37,513 nt of DNA from Nemertoderma westbladi. Taxonomy: Eukaryota; Animalia; Xenacoelomorpha. Shown here piece by piece: positions 11,772 to 23,254 of this stretch (the first letter of the stretch is position 1; every line of letters begins with the position of its first letter). Below the pieces are notes generated by a model. The model saw nothing but the letters and a program-made list of their open reading frames with translations. It was not told the DNA's origin and made no database searches. The stretch is from NCBI GenBank assembly GCA_032718475.1, contig JAUCBJ010001160.1:1-37513 (forward strand), read 5' to 3'. The translations under genes and the position numbers were made by a program.

Positions 11772-12649
11772 CTACTGCCAGTATATTAGATGACAACGTG
11801 AAAACAAGCTGAAAGGCTGAAACAAGCTTTGACCAATGAGTTTTTGCTTGTGGGGTGAGCGACAAAAGTAAGCGAGCTTAGCATACAGGTACGGTACCAC
11901 TAACTCAATCGGTGTATCTGTTGCTCTGTACTCAAACGTTAATAATTCTGCCAAATCTCGATAAAATATATCCAAACTTGGTACATATGTAGTCTGGCAA
12001 AAGTTCAGAAATTTTCCAAGTTGAATTTGCGTGGGGTCTTCGTGCAGCATCTGTGTAACGTCTTGCTGTTATAATAAATTTATCTATCCAAAAATTATTA
12101 GGCTTGGCATCAGCTGGTTGCTACGAGACTGCAGGATATATCAGGTGGGTTTAAAATTCAGCAATACCGGTACAATGCAGCGATAATGTGGCCTTGGGAA
12201 GTGTGGTAGGCCTATTTCACTTTCAGCTATTCCAGCATTTCCAGATTGCAGAGTTCAGAGTACGACACCGGTACCATGAGATGCCGGTACTCAGTACCGG
12301 TACTGCTCACTGCTGTTGCTGTATGTGGTAGGCCTAGCTTTCTAGGCTGGTTGCCAGTCTGTCAGTATTGTACTGCTACTGCATTATCTGAGTATTGGTA
12401 CATGCGGTAGGGTAGTGAGTCCTGCAATTGCCTGAGTGATGTCTGAATTGCGATATCCTCCCGACTATTCAGTCATATCCTGATATCATGTACCGGTACG
12501 GTCCAGTACCTTAATCTTATTAAACATATGTTTTACAGTACGGTAGCGGTACTGTTACAGTGGTACAGAGTTACCAGTACCGTCTTCAGGTCGTTGGCGC
12601 CACCCATCACAGCACCAATCATGCTCGGCAATGGCAACCATGCAGCCAT
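11772..12649 (-). CDS. Hypothetical two-exon protein of unknown function (12649-12575 + 12065-11772), possibly pseudogenised
   Basis: ATG-led 25-codon segment ending CTG|GTAACT and a phase-compatible AACAG| acceptor upstream of the 92-aa ORF. No recognisable domain. Confidence 0.25.
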
Positions 12650-13919
12650 GGAAGTTTTGAAATTATGCGGACTTAAGACAGACTGACATTTTGTTAGGTT
12701 GTACTAGCTGACCTTTATTCCATGTTCCGGTATCCACTACTGCACTAGGTACCCCAACAGTCCAATACTGCAATACCCAGCAACGTTTTGGAATTGTACC
12801 GGTACTCAAACAACTCGCCGTCAAGGCCACCGCCTCTGTCTGTCGCAGTGTCGTTGGCGACCTCGACTTTTGGTATCACTACTGCGCTAGCGCTATGGGC
12901 ATACTGGACTAAGCGATAAGCCAGACCCGAGGACTGAAGAATGCATTGAATTTTTTGAGTAGTTTGACTGTGGACTTCTATGACATCGATGCCAAGCTGC
13001 CAATGGGAAAGTTTTTTTTTAAAGAAAAAGTTTGGTTAAATTTTCTTAATTATTTATTTAAATTTCTTAAGTACCGATTTTGGGATAGAATTGCTCAATT
13101 TTGATCTGTATCTAATAACTGACGCTCGTCATGCGCGATGGCCCCACGAACGTGTTAATGTGGTTTGTATGTAACCAATTTAAAGCTGTTATGACACGGG
13201 CAGTAATTGTGAGTGCTTTGGAATTGCATTGAAATTTAGAAATAGCTCATGGCTGTAAGTCAGCAAAACTGTGATCGATCGCACACAGATGATGTGGTGT
13301 TATTGTGCAAATTCTGCCATTTCTCTCCAGCAGTCTTGACCATTGATTTTGTCATGGTGCTGTTTGAAGCTTTCATACAAGTATTTATTTGATGGTGTAT
13401 TTAAACAAATCCCCCCTTATAGTTGGGTACGAGATTGAGTAAAGCAGGTTAGACGCAATTGGCGCAAATTTAAGGTGCTGTTTCACATAGCGGTTAGTTA
13501 CTATGAATCAATTCATTGCGTTGTTCATTCTATCTCGTTTCGGAGCTTCACTTCATATTTCGGCTCGGCTTCTTTGTGCCAGCTGCCAGGTTAGTGGGTC
13601 GACATATACCGATCATTTGTCAGCCGACAGATCACTGATTGCAAGTAACTTACACGTCTCGGGAAATGTTTTTCAATTAACTTGCTCTTCTAAATAAAAT
13701 TTAAACAATTCATTCCATTTGTTACTGCCCCATCCCCCACCCCGCATATGATATGAAATATGATGAATGAGGTTATCTTGGCACCGTATTCTAAGCTATA
13801 TGTAGGGCTTATGTAAAGTGTAGCATTTTCTCAACTTATCTATAATAGAATGCAACCAACGTAAGGGACATGAGCAGGTTACAGTGGCGGAATTTAAATT
13901 GGTATGTCGATACATTTAC

Positions 13920-15110
13920 CCCATCATAGTAGGTACAGAACGACGAATGTCCCTCAAAAAATGAAAACAGATAAGTTTGTGCCATTTCCCCAGATGGATC
14001 TTTTCAGGAAATCTCATTGATATCGATTGCTGCGAAGCTATACAATAGAATTATATTAAATCGTATCAGGGATCCCATTGAGAGACTGCTCCGTGGAAAT
14101 CAGAATGGGTTCTGTAAAGGTCGTGGGACCATCGATCCCATTTTGGCACTTGAAAGATAATTGAAGAGTTATCAAAAAAGAAAGACAGGCATCTGGCTGC
14201 TATCTTTGTTGACTTCTTCAAGGCATTTAATTCTTCAGTCTCTCGCTCACTTATATGTTTAGCATACTTTCATTATATGGGATTCCTGATGAAATTATTG
14301 CAGCAATCAGATCAGTATGCCATGGTTCAACAACATTTGTGTCTACTGCTGATGGTGAAACAGATCTATTTGAAGTGTTATGGGGAGTCCTCCAGGGAGA
14401 CACACTTGCGCTATTCTTGTTCATAATTGTGGTTGACTATGTTTTACGCATGTCCTTAGATCATCATAATGATGATGGGGTGATGGTAATTCCACCTACT
14501 GGCTCCAGAAGTCGACAAAATCCAGTCAAGTACCTAACTGATCTAGACTTTGCTGATAACTTAGGATTCACTCTCAGAATCACTAGAGGGAGCCCAACGG
14601 CTCCTCAGCTCATTAGAACATGCTGCTTCTAGTGTTGGTTTTTTTATTAATTTCAAGAAGACCAAAATTTTTACAGTTAACTTTAAAGTCCTCTGCAAGT
14701 CTCTGACTGGTGGAGCATAAGCTCAAAGGATGGTATGCTTAAGCATGTGGACGACTTCTGTTGCCTGGGATCATGGATCCAAAGTCAGGTGAGGGAGGAC
14801 CTTTGAATACGTAAGGGAATCTCATGCGCAGCATTGATTGTGCTTTCCATGATTTGGAAGTCACACAGAATACGTCAGAAACTTAGGTTCGATTATTAGT
14901 AGGACCAGTCCTCCCTTATGGGAGTTCATGCTGGACTCTAACTGCTGAGGACACCAAATCTCTGGACGGCACACTCACAAGAATGCTAGGTCGGGTTCAC
15001 TGTGTCAAGTAAAATGCACACAACTCCAACCAGACTCTATATGAAATTGGACGTGTCTCATTGGTTACCCCAAGCTTGATATTGAACAAAACGGCATCCG
15101 CTTTGCAGGA
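13920..15110 (+). mobile_element. Decayed RTE-group LINE (family B), RT region
   Basis: Frameshifted RT motifs ISLISIAAKLYN, QNGF, FVDFFKAF, VLQGDTLALFLF, DLDFADNL and LGSWI. Highly similar to 34209-35022 + 36971-37370. Confidence 0.9.
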
Positions 15111-15329
15111 TGACTTTGCTGATAAGCCGGCATTTGAGGCTTATTTGCTACATTGTGATTTGCTTCTGTTCTGATTTGCAGCTTGCCAATTGTGGATTGC
15201 TGGTGGTGACAAAATGTTTTTGTTAAGCTGGCATATCATCTCAATGTACAGTAGTATTCTCATAGTAGTATAGTATACTCATAGTAGTATTAGTAGTATT
15301 TGCAGTGGATTTGAAACTAGGTGCTTATA

Positions 15330-15775
15330 TTCGTAACCAGGAACTACAAATTGTAACCAGTGACATCAATTTGTGGCCGTGTGCTCATGCTCTGATCGGT
15401 AACTGAAAACACTGATATGTAACCGGGAACACAGATTCGTAACAGGGGACTCGAATTCGTAACTCGTAGCTCAGGTTCAAAACCACAAACTCGGATGTAA
15501 AACCAGATACTAAGATTCGTAATCAGGTCCTTCAACAAATTCGTAACCATTTCCTCAGATTTATAATCAAACAAATTATAATTCGTAACTGGGTGCTCAG
15601 ATTCGTAACCCAAAACTTAAATTTGTATCCGGGCACTCATATTTTTATAACCAGGAACTCTTATTAGTAACCGGGAACTTCAATTCTCGCAACAGGATGT
15701 TCAGATTTATAACCTGGAACGCATATGTATTACCAGGTGATCTCATTCCTAATCGGAAACCCCAAATTGTTACCC
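15330..15775 (+). repeat. Degenerate tandem repeat with a period of about 20 bp
   Basis: Recurring ATTCGTAAC(C/A/T)(A/G)GG..CTCAG units at about 20-bp spacing (e.g. 15435/15455, 15581/15601). Confidence 0.75.
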
Positions 15776-15949
15776 GTTGCTTATCGGGCCGCTAGACCCG
15801 ACAATAGTTAATTGGATATGATTGCTCATAGTAATTTGTTGTTGAAATGTTACAAATAATATATATTTATAAACAAACAAGATAACCAAATGACGCAAAT
15901 ATATACAAACAAACTGTAACTATAATTATATTTTAACCGGTTCGGAATT

Positions 15950-16369
15950 TCAACACATGTTTATTGGTTTACAAATCCTTTTCAACCACTTTGGTTGTTG
16001 TATAATTAAGTAACCTGCCACCGCCAGTATCAGTCCTAAAGCAAATATTACCACCGAAAATATTACAAGTCGATCGATAGACCTAGCAACGGCTTCCTCG
16101 CCATTAGTTAGCAGACTCTTAGTGGCCCTAGCGAGAACTCGATCTGCAGTCTCGGAAAACTTCAGAATAATAGGATCGGTTGCTTCAGTAAGAAGATCCT
16201 TCAACCAATCCTTAATCTCATCCTCCACTTTTTTAACTAGATCCAAACCACGAGTAGTCTCTTTATTAGTCCCACGTGAGTGTCTCCTTAGAGTTGCGGC
16301 CTCCGCATACAAGGCCGAAATGATTACACTCAATATGAGAATAGGTGTAGCGTAGGGAAATGTTTTCAT
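15950..16369 (-). CDS. Orphan 139-aa type I membrane protein candidate
   Basis: Single ATG-to-TGA ORF with higher GC than its AT-rich flanks. Signal-peptide-like N-terminus (ILILSVIISALYAEA), RRHSR basic site, helical middle region, TM helix LVIFSVVIFALGLILAVAGYLII, basic tail. Confidence 0.65.
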   Translation of the reverse strand: MKTFPYATPILILSVIISALYAEAATLRRHSRGTNKETTRGLDLVKKVEDEIKDWLKDLLTEATDPIILKFSETADRVLARATKSLLTNGEEAVARSIDRLVIFSVVIFALGLILAVAGYLIIQQPKWLKRICKPINMC

Positions 16370-17117
16370 AATAAGACGCTAAACTGTTTTAAATTGGATT
16401 ATTAAATAAAAACCTAATTTTAAGTTGTATATCCTCGTACAAATGAACATTTTTCTATGATTTTGAATTCTTTCAGCGCTTAATAAACTTATTATTATGC
16501 CTATAATTAGTTACACAATGTCCATAGTATTTCTGGGTGGGGGGAATTCCATGGCCTACCACCCTTGACTTAGCCTTTGGTATTCCAGTATCCGTACATT
16601 CGTTTGTGCATTGTGCAATATACCGGCTGTTGGGCTGCATAGTGTGTGTTAGATGATTATTCGAAATTCATGTTTATTGTGTGGCTCACAAATTAGTGGG
16701 GAATTACAAGTAGTGGATTATTATTAGAAGTTTGAATGTTTAAGGTATATGATAATAATAACATTCAATATAAGGCTTTGTAATGCCTTATGCGAATTAT
16801 TGTATATATAATTTAATAGTAATACTGTATTGTAGGGTATATGAAATGTTGGCACATCACATATATTTTACACTGCACACTGTATGACATGATACGTTCA
16901 ACAGTACAGTAGAGTACAATACACATAGGTAGATTTTTTTGAGAAACCCCTTCCAACCCCACTCATGCGATCTGGAAATATTTTAAGATGTAGGCCTCTT
17001 AGAGAAAACAGAAAGTTGATGTTTATACTTCAGTGTGAAATGTGAAAGGCGTCTCATAAAAAAATATTAAGTAATTAGTCCTACTTAATTGCCGAATCCC
17101 AAGTCTTTTAAGTGAAA

Positions 17118-17389
17118 CTACTTACATAATTGTGGCGATGAATTTTCAATCAGAATATCCAATGACAGGTCTCTATCTCCGTCTTTGGATTTCGGTGAAG
17201 AATTTTCCGAAATGAGGCTGCTCAAATTCTCAAAGGAATTAAATCTCACAAGTTTTCTAGTTGAGGGTATCCTTTGTCTGTCGCCTTGGAAGTGATTGTA
17301 GTATAGCGAGAAGTTGCTGACTATGACAGGAACAGGTAATGCTATAGTTAGGAGACCAGAAAGTGCGCAGAATGTACCCACCAGCATAC
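17118..17389 (-). CDS. Shaw: Shaw/Kv3 potassium channel, coding exon 5 (S6 + C-terminus)
   Basis: TTACAG| acceptor. Encodes [31 protein letters not shown] (PVP gate) and ends in TAG. Model 28203-27986, 26049-25811, 23469-23255, 21297-20676, 17389-17118 = 1566 nt, 521 aa. Confidence 0.93.
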
Positions 17390-17566
17390 CTGTAATAAAA
17401 TTATTATATTATATTGTATTAAATTTGTAGTCAAACATATAATAGTAATATATAGTAATAACTAAAAATTATATTACATGTACGTAAACCTATTTATAAA
17501 ACAATGGACTGCGCAGATAATTAAATAATTACAATAAGTGTGTATTATAATTAGTGTAAAAAATAC

Positions 17567-17828
17567 AGACAGGGAGGGAAACTGGACGCAATAAAAATTC
17601 ATCCCTCTCCAGGGGAAATTGGACGCAAATAACCGCTGATTACTCTCAAAATTAAAACTGTAACCAGTTTTAATGTGTTTAGTTTATTGTTTTGGTTAAA
17701 ATACCGTGCTACTGTAACCTGCTCCTTTCCATAAATTGAGAATTTAACATTGAGGCGGGATATTAAATAGCCAAGATGCGATTTGCGTCCAGTTCTCTCT
17801 CCCCCCCCCCCCCCCCCCCCCCCTGTCT
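17567..17828. repeat. Imperfect inverted-repeat (MITE-like) element
   Basis: AGACAGGG...AACTGGACGCAA at the left versus TTGCGTCCAGTT...poly-C...CCCTGTCT at the right. No TSD found. Confidence 0.45.
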
Positions 17829-18180
17829 CAAAAAATATATTCGAATCAGACGTATAATGCAATCATGCCTGCGGTCTGCTTACAGGAAACGCCACTGCGT
17901 CCTGCTTGTGCTTAATTGGTTACTAACTGACGTTCACTTGTTATGTGTCATTTGAAGTGCAAATTGAGGATCAAGTAAAATAATATACTATAATATCTAC
18001 GGTAATGCAATTAATTATTTAAATAAATCTGGATATATGTTAGAAGCATTTTAACATCATTAATGTAGATTAGTAAGTGAGTCTCCGGCTAAACTGTAAT
18101 TTAAAGAAACCATAGATAATATTATTAGTAAGGCTAGTTTTTTTTTATCAACAAATTAATTCCATAATTAATTGCAGAGA

Positions 18181-18218
18181 CATGGCCTACTATATTTATA
18201 AATATATAGTAGGCCATG
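18181..18218. mobile_element. 38-bp palindromic P-like mini-element seeding the satellite
   Basis: CATGGCCTACTATAT...ATATAGTAGGCCATG (15-bp arms) flanked by GCAGAGA (18174-18180) and GC[C/A]GAGA. The terminus resembles the P TIR CAAGGCCTACTGTA at 193. Confidence 0.65.
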
Positions 18219-20654
18219 GCCGAGATGATCAATAAATAGTCTATTTATAATAAATATAGTAGGTCATGGCAGAGATGATCAATAAATAGTTTATTTATAA
18301 TAAATATAGTAGGTCATGGCCGAGATGATCAATAAATAGTTTATTTATAATAAATATAGTAGGCCATGGCCGAGATGATCAATAAATAGTCTATTTATAA
18401 TAAATATAGTAGGTCATGGCCGAGATGATCAATAAATAGTTTATTTATAATAAATATAGTAGGTCATGGCAGAGATGATCAATAAATAGTTTATTTATAA
18501 TAAATATAGTAGGTCATGGCAGAGATGATCAATAAATAGTTTATTTATAATAAATATAGTAGGTCATGGCCGAGATGAACAATAAATAGTTTATTTATAA
18601 TAAATATAGTAGGTCATGGCAGAGATGATCAATAAATAGTTTATTTATAATAAATATAGTAGGTCATGGCCGAGATGAACAATAAATAGTTTATTTATAA
18701 TAAATATAGTAGGTCATGGCAGAGATGATCAATAAATAGTTTATTTATAATAAATATAGTAGGTCATGGCCGAGATGAACAATAAATAGTTTATTTATAA
18801 TAAATATAGTAGGTCATGGCAGAGATGATCAATAAATAGTTTATTTATAATAAATATAGTAGGTCATGGCAGAGATGATCAATAAATAGTTTATTTATAA
18901 TAAATATAGTAGGTCTTGGCAGAGATGATCAATAAATAGTTTATTTATAATAAATATAGTAGGTCATGGCAGAGATGATCAATAAATAGTTTATTTATAA
19001 TAAATATAGTAGGTCATGGCAGAGATGATCAATAAATAGTTTATTTATAATAAATATAGTAGGTCATGGCAGAGATGATCAATAAATAGTTTATTTATAA
19101 TAAATATAGTAGGTCATGGCAGAGATGATCAATAAATAGTTTATTTATAATAAATATAGTAGGTCTTGGCAGAGATGATCAATAAATAGTTTATTTATAA
19201 TAAATATAGTAGGTCATGGCAGAGATGATCAATAAATAGTTTATTTATAATAAATATAGTAGGTCATGGCAGAGATGATCAATAAATAGTTTATTTATAA
19301 TAAATATAGTAGGTCATGGCCGAGATGAACAATAAATAGTTTATTTATAATAAATATAGTAGGTCATGGCCGAGATGAACAATAAATAGTTTATTTATAA
19401 TAAATATAGTAGGTCATGGCAGAGATGATCAATAAATAGTTTATTTATAATAAATATAGTAGGTCATGGCAGAGATGATCAATAAATAGTTTATTTATAA
19501 TAAATATAGTAGGTCATGGCAGAGATGATCAATAAATAGTTTATTTATAATAAATATAGTAGGTCTTGGCAGAGATGATCAATAAATAGTTTATTTATAA
19601 TAAATATAGTAGGTCATGGCCGAGATGATCAATAAATAGTTTATTTATAATAAATATAGTAGGTCATGGCCGAGATGATCAATAAATAGTTTATTTATAA
19701 TAAATATAGTAGGTCATGGCAGAGATGATCAATAAATAGTTTATTTATAATAAATATAGTAGGTCTTGGCAGAGATGATCAATAAATAGTTTATTTATAA
19801 TAAATATAGTAGGTCTTGGCAGAGATGATAAATAAATTGTTTATTTAGAATAAATATAGTAGGTCATGGCCGAGATGATCAATAAATAGTTTATTTATAA
19901 TAAATATAGTAGGTCTTGGCAGAGATGATAAATAAATTGTTTATTTAGAATAAATATAGTAGGTCATGGCCGAGATGATCAATAAATAGTTTATTTATAA
20001 TAAATATAGTAGGTCATGGCCGAGATGATCAATAAATAGTTTATTTATAATAAATATAGTAGGTCATGGCAGAGATGATCAATAAATAGTTTATTTATAA
20101 TAAATATAGTAGGTCATGGCAGAGATGATCAATAAATAGTTTATTTATAATAAATATAGTAGGTCTTGGCAGAGATGATCAATAAATAGTTTATTTATAA
20201 TAAATATAGTAGGTCATGGCCGAGATGATCAATAAATAGTTTATTTATAATAAATATAGTAGGTCATGGCCGAGATGATCAATAAATAGTTTATTTATAA
20301 TAAATATAGTAGGTCTTGGCAGAGATGATAAATAAATTGTTTATTTAGAATAAATATAGTAGGTCATGGCCGAGATGATCAATAAATAGTTTATTTAGAA
20401 TAAATATAGTAGGTCTTGGCAGAGATGATCAATAAATAGTTTATTTAGAATAAATATAGTAGGTCATGGCAGAGATGATCAATAAATAGTTTATTTAGAA
20501 TAAATATAGTAGGTCATGGCAGAGATGATCAATAAATAGTCTATTTATAATAAATATAGTAGGTCTTGGCAGAGATGATCAATAAATAGTTTATTTATAA
20601 TAAATATAGTAGGTCATGGCAGAGATGATCAATAAATAGTTTATTTAGAATAAA
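18200..20654 (+). repeat. 50-bp AT-rich tandem satellite (49 units) in Shaw intron 4
   Basis: Unit AGGTCATGGCAGAGATGATCAATAAATAGTTTATTTATAATAAATATAGT, constant 50-bp register from 18218 to 20618, few substitutions. Confidence 0.98.
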
Positions 20655-20675
20655 CTAACTTAATAAACCTCTTAC

Positions 20676-21297
20676 CCAAAGTCGATTTAGGGCACATATC
20701 CCCATATCCCACTGTGGTCATGGTTACTACAGCCCACCAAAAACCAGCCGGTATGCTCTCGAAGTCCGTCACCAGCGGTCCTTCACTGGGTGGTATCATT
20801 CGTTCCGCGTAGTAAATTAAACTCGCGAAAATAATAATTCCCAGGATTAGGAATATACCGAGCATTGATAGTTCCTTGGCGCTGGCACGCAATGTGTACA
20901 TGAGCACCTTGAGTCCGGATGAATGCCGGGTTAATTTAAACACACGGAACACCCGCACCAATCTGATGACTCGGAAGAGTCCAGTAGCGCTGGCGGCGTC
21001 CTTAAACGCAAAGTCTATATAGAAGGGCAGCACCGCAAGGAAGTCAACGATATTGAGTCCATCTTTAACGAACTCGCACTTGCTCGGACAGGAGATGAAC
21101 CGGGCACTCAGTTCCAGGGTAAACCAAGCGACAGCCATCGTCTCTATGACTACCAACCCAATATGTGGTTCAATTTTGGTGGTAGTCGTCGAATTGGTAG
21201 CGTTATTTACAATGGTAACCTGAAACCATGGATGAGTTTCCAGACAAAAGGTAGCCACGGAAACCAACACGAATAGCAGCGATAAAACTCCTATTAC
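20676..21297 (-). CDS. Shaw: Shaw/Kv3 potassium channel, coding exon 4 (S1-S5 and pore)
   Basis: TFCLETHP, two N-glycosylation sequons (NATNST), S4 RVIRLVRVFRVFKLTRH, Shaw-type RHSSGLKVLMYTLRASAKEL, pore WWAVVTMTTVGYGD. TGCAG| acceptor and G|GTAAGA donor. Confidence 0.97.
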
Positions 21298-21883
21298 CTG
21301 CAATAAAACAACGTAAACTGTTAATTAAACTTAATCTCGTAATTCTCGTAATTAGAGTACTCCATTACTTCTTACTTCAGTATAGATAGGATAATGATTT
21401 CATAAGATAATCCATAGAATCTAGCTAGTAAATCAGGAACAGCCAAAATTAATTATTTCGAATCAATAAAAACTTTATTTTTAAAATTCTATATGCCCAA
21501 AAATTATTTTAAAAAAATATATATTTAGCGCATCGCAATTTTATTTATTGCGATTTTACTGAAATTATCATAATACCGAAACAAAAGGTATAGTCATCCG
21601 GCTAGAAATACAGTTCGATATGATACAGTTCCGTAAAAAATATCCTTATTTGAATAAAACGTTTGTGAACAATACCATCATTATCGATTAATTAAGAACA
21701 GATAAAAAAAATTTAGGGTTAGTAAAGATCGTTCTAATCTGTAAATGTTGATCTTAAAAAGTTGCGCCAAAAAAGCTAGGTATTTTCAGATAACGGAATT
21801 TGAATAAGTTTGCTGTGAGTCAGTCTGAGCTGTGAGCTATTGTTTTTTGGTTGATTGTATATAACGGTCCTCTTTCATAAAGA

Positions 21884-22350
21884 TATATGTTATAGTACAT
21901 TATGATAATGCTCTCCACAGCGAAAAATATCAACCGCCCCTATTGGGACTCGAACCCGGTACCTAGGTTTCAAACTTCCGGTTATCATCAGCCGAGTGTG
22001 TGTCCTAAGACCACTGAGCTACTAGGTAGAAGATTTATTCGCTGTGGAGTGGGGTATCATTTTTAGGCCTTTTTACGTCACTCATAGTAAAGTACAACGT
22101 TATTCCCGTGCTCTGCCAGAAATGGCAACCATGCCTCAAAGAATAACTATTATACAGTGTTGTAAAAACCACTGTAACCCCGTATGCCGGCCATGCGTGT
22201 TAATTAATTATAAATGAATTGTTGTGGGGTGGGTGACGGCGAATAAATATCATAATAAAATTATAAAATTAAAAAAAATAATAAAATTATCATAATGTAC
22301 TATAACATATATATTTATTCGCCGTCACCCACCCCACAACAATTCATTTA
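21884..22350 (-). mobile_element. Non-autonomous tRNA-headed, hammerhead-containing element with Penelope/retrozyme-like layout
   Basis: 13-bp direct repeat TCTTTCATAAAGA (21871-21883, 22351-22363). Inverted pairs 21883-21909/22286-22312 and 22211-22250/22311-22350. A box TAGCTCAGTGG and B box GGTTCGAGTCC on the minus strand. Confidence 0.8.
21955..21996 (-). ncRNA. Minimal type I hammerhead ribozyme motif
   Basis: Minus strand reads CTCGG CTGATGA taac cggaa gttt GAAA C CTAG GTA CCGGG. This gives helix I CUCGG/CCGGG, core CUGAUGA and GAAA, a short palindromic helix III, and a GUA cleavage triplet. The first pair of helix II is a U-U mismatch. Confidence 0.75.
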
Positions 22351-23254
22351 TCTTTCATAAAGAAAGATTTCCACCGAAATAATTAGATATTATTACGAGT
22401 ATTTTCTTATCGGTACACATAATTTAAAGTTTTTTAGTTTTAGTAATTATTAATTTTCTGTTTATTTTTCCAGATTTTGCTAATGAAAATCATTCGCAGA
22501 AAATATGGCAGGGTGTGGGATTATTAGCCATCAGAAATAGATCTACCATATCACATGATATCTACATATCACATATGTTTTATAGATGAAAAAAATAAAG
22601 TCAAATCGACAACCAAGAACTGACAATCACAGCCGACAACAGTTGAAAACAGAAGTAGTGAAAGGAGCAGGTTATAGTGGCAGGTTGTTCATATCGTGAA
22701 AATGTGAAAATCGAAACTACATGTGCGAGTCAAAATCACAGGTTATAATTTTATTTTTGTTTATAATAACGGTTGTCGGTTGTTGTTGTTGTAGACAGTC
22801 GGTTGTCTGCTGCCGTCCGTCGGCGAAACGTTTACACCCCAGTAGTGGTTAATACAATGGCCCAATGTTTTTAGGCAAGTTTTTAAAATGTTTAACTGAT
22901 AAGATGAAATTCCGTGTTCTTGAAACTAAAACCGAAACTTTGTTCGGCACGGCATACAGAGTTCAGTTAATTAATTAATTGTCATTGGACTAAAGTTTGA
23001 CTACACCCAATTTTATTTTAGTTTAAAAACTGTTGGAATGTAAAACATATCTCCGCTGCTAAGGAGAAAATATGAAATTGCAGCTGTTCCACATACCCAT
23101 ATTTTATTAATAACAATAATAAAGTAGGGGTAATAATAGTAATAATAAAACGTAGAATCAAAATAATTTTCTTTTTTGAATTGCCCCGAATTAATTTTAG
23201 ATTGGGGTTACACTCCTCTGAGATTGATAGGACTTAGTAATAATATAAACAAAC

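Noticed and set aside
12600-12649. MAAWLP resembling the Kv4/Shal N-terminus
   Set aside because: Only a 5-residue match, with no T1 or other channel exons downstream.
18200-20654. CRISPR-like regular array
   Set aside because: Pure tandem repeat with no unique spacers and no cas genes, inside a eukaryotic intron.
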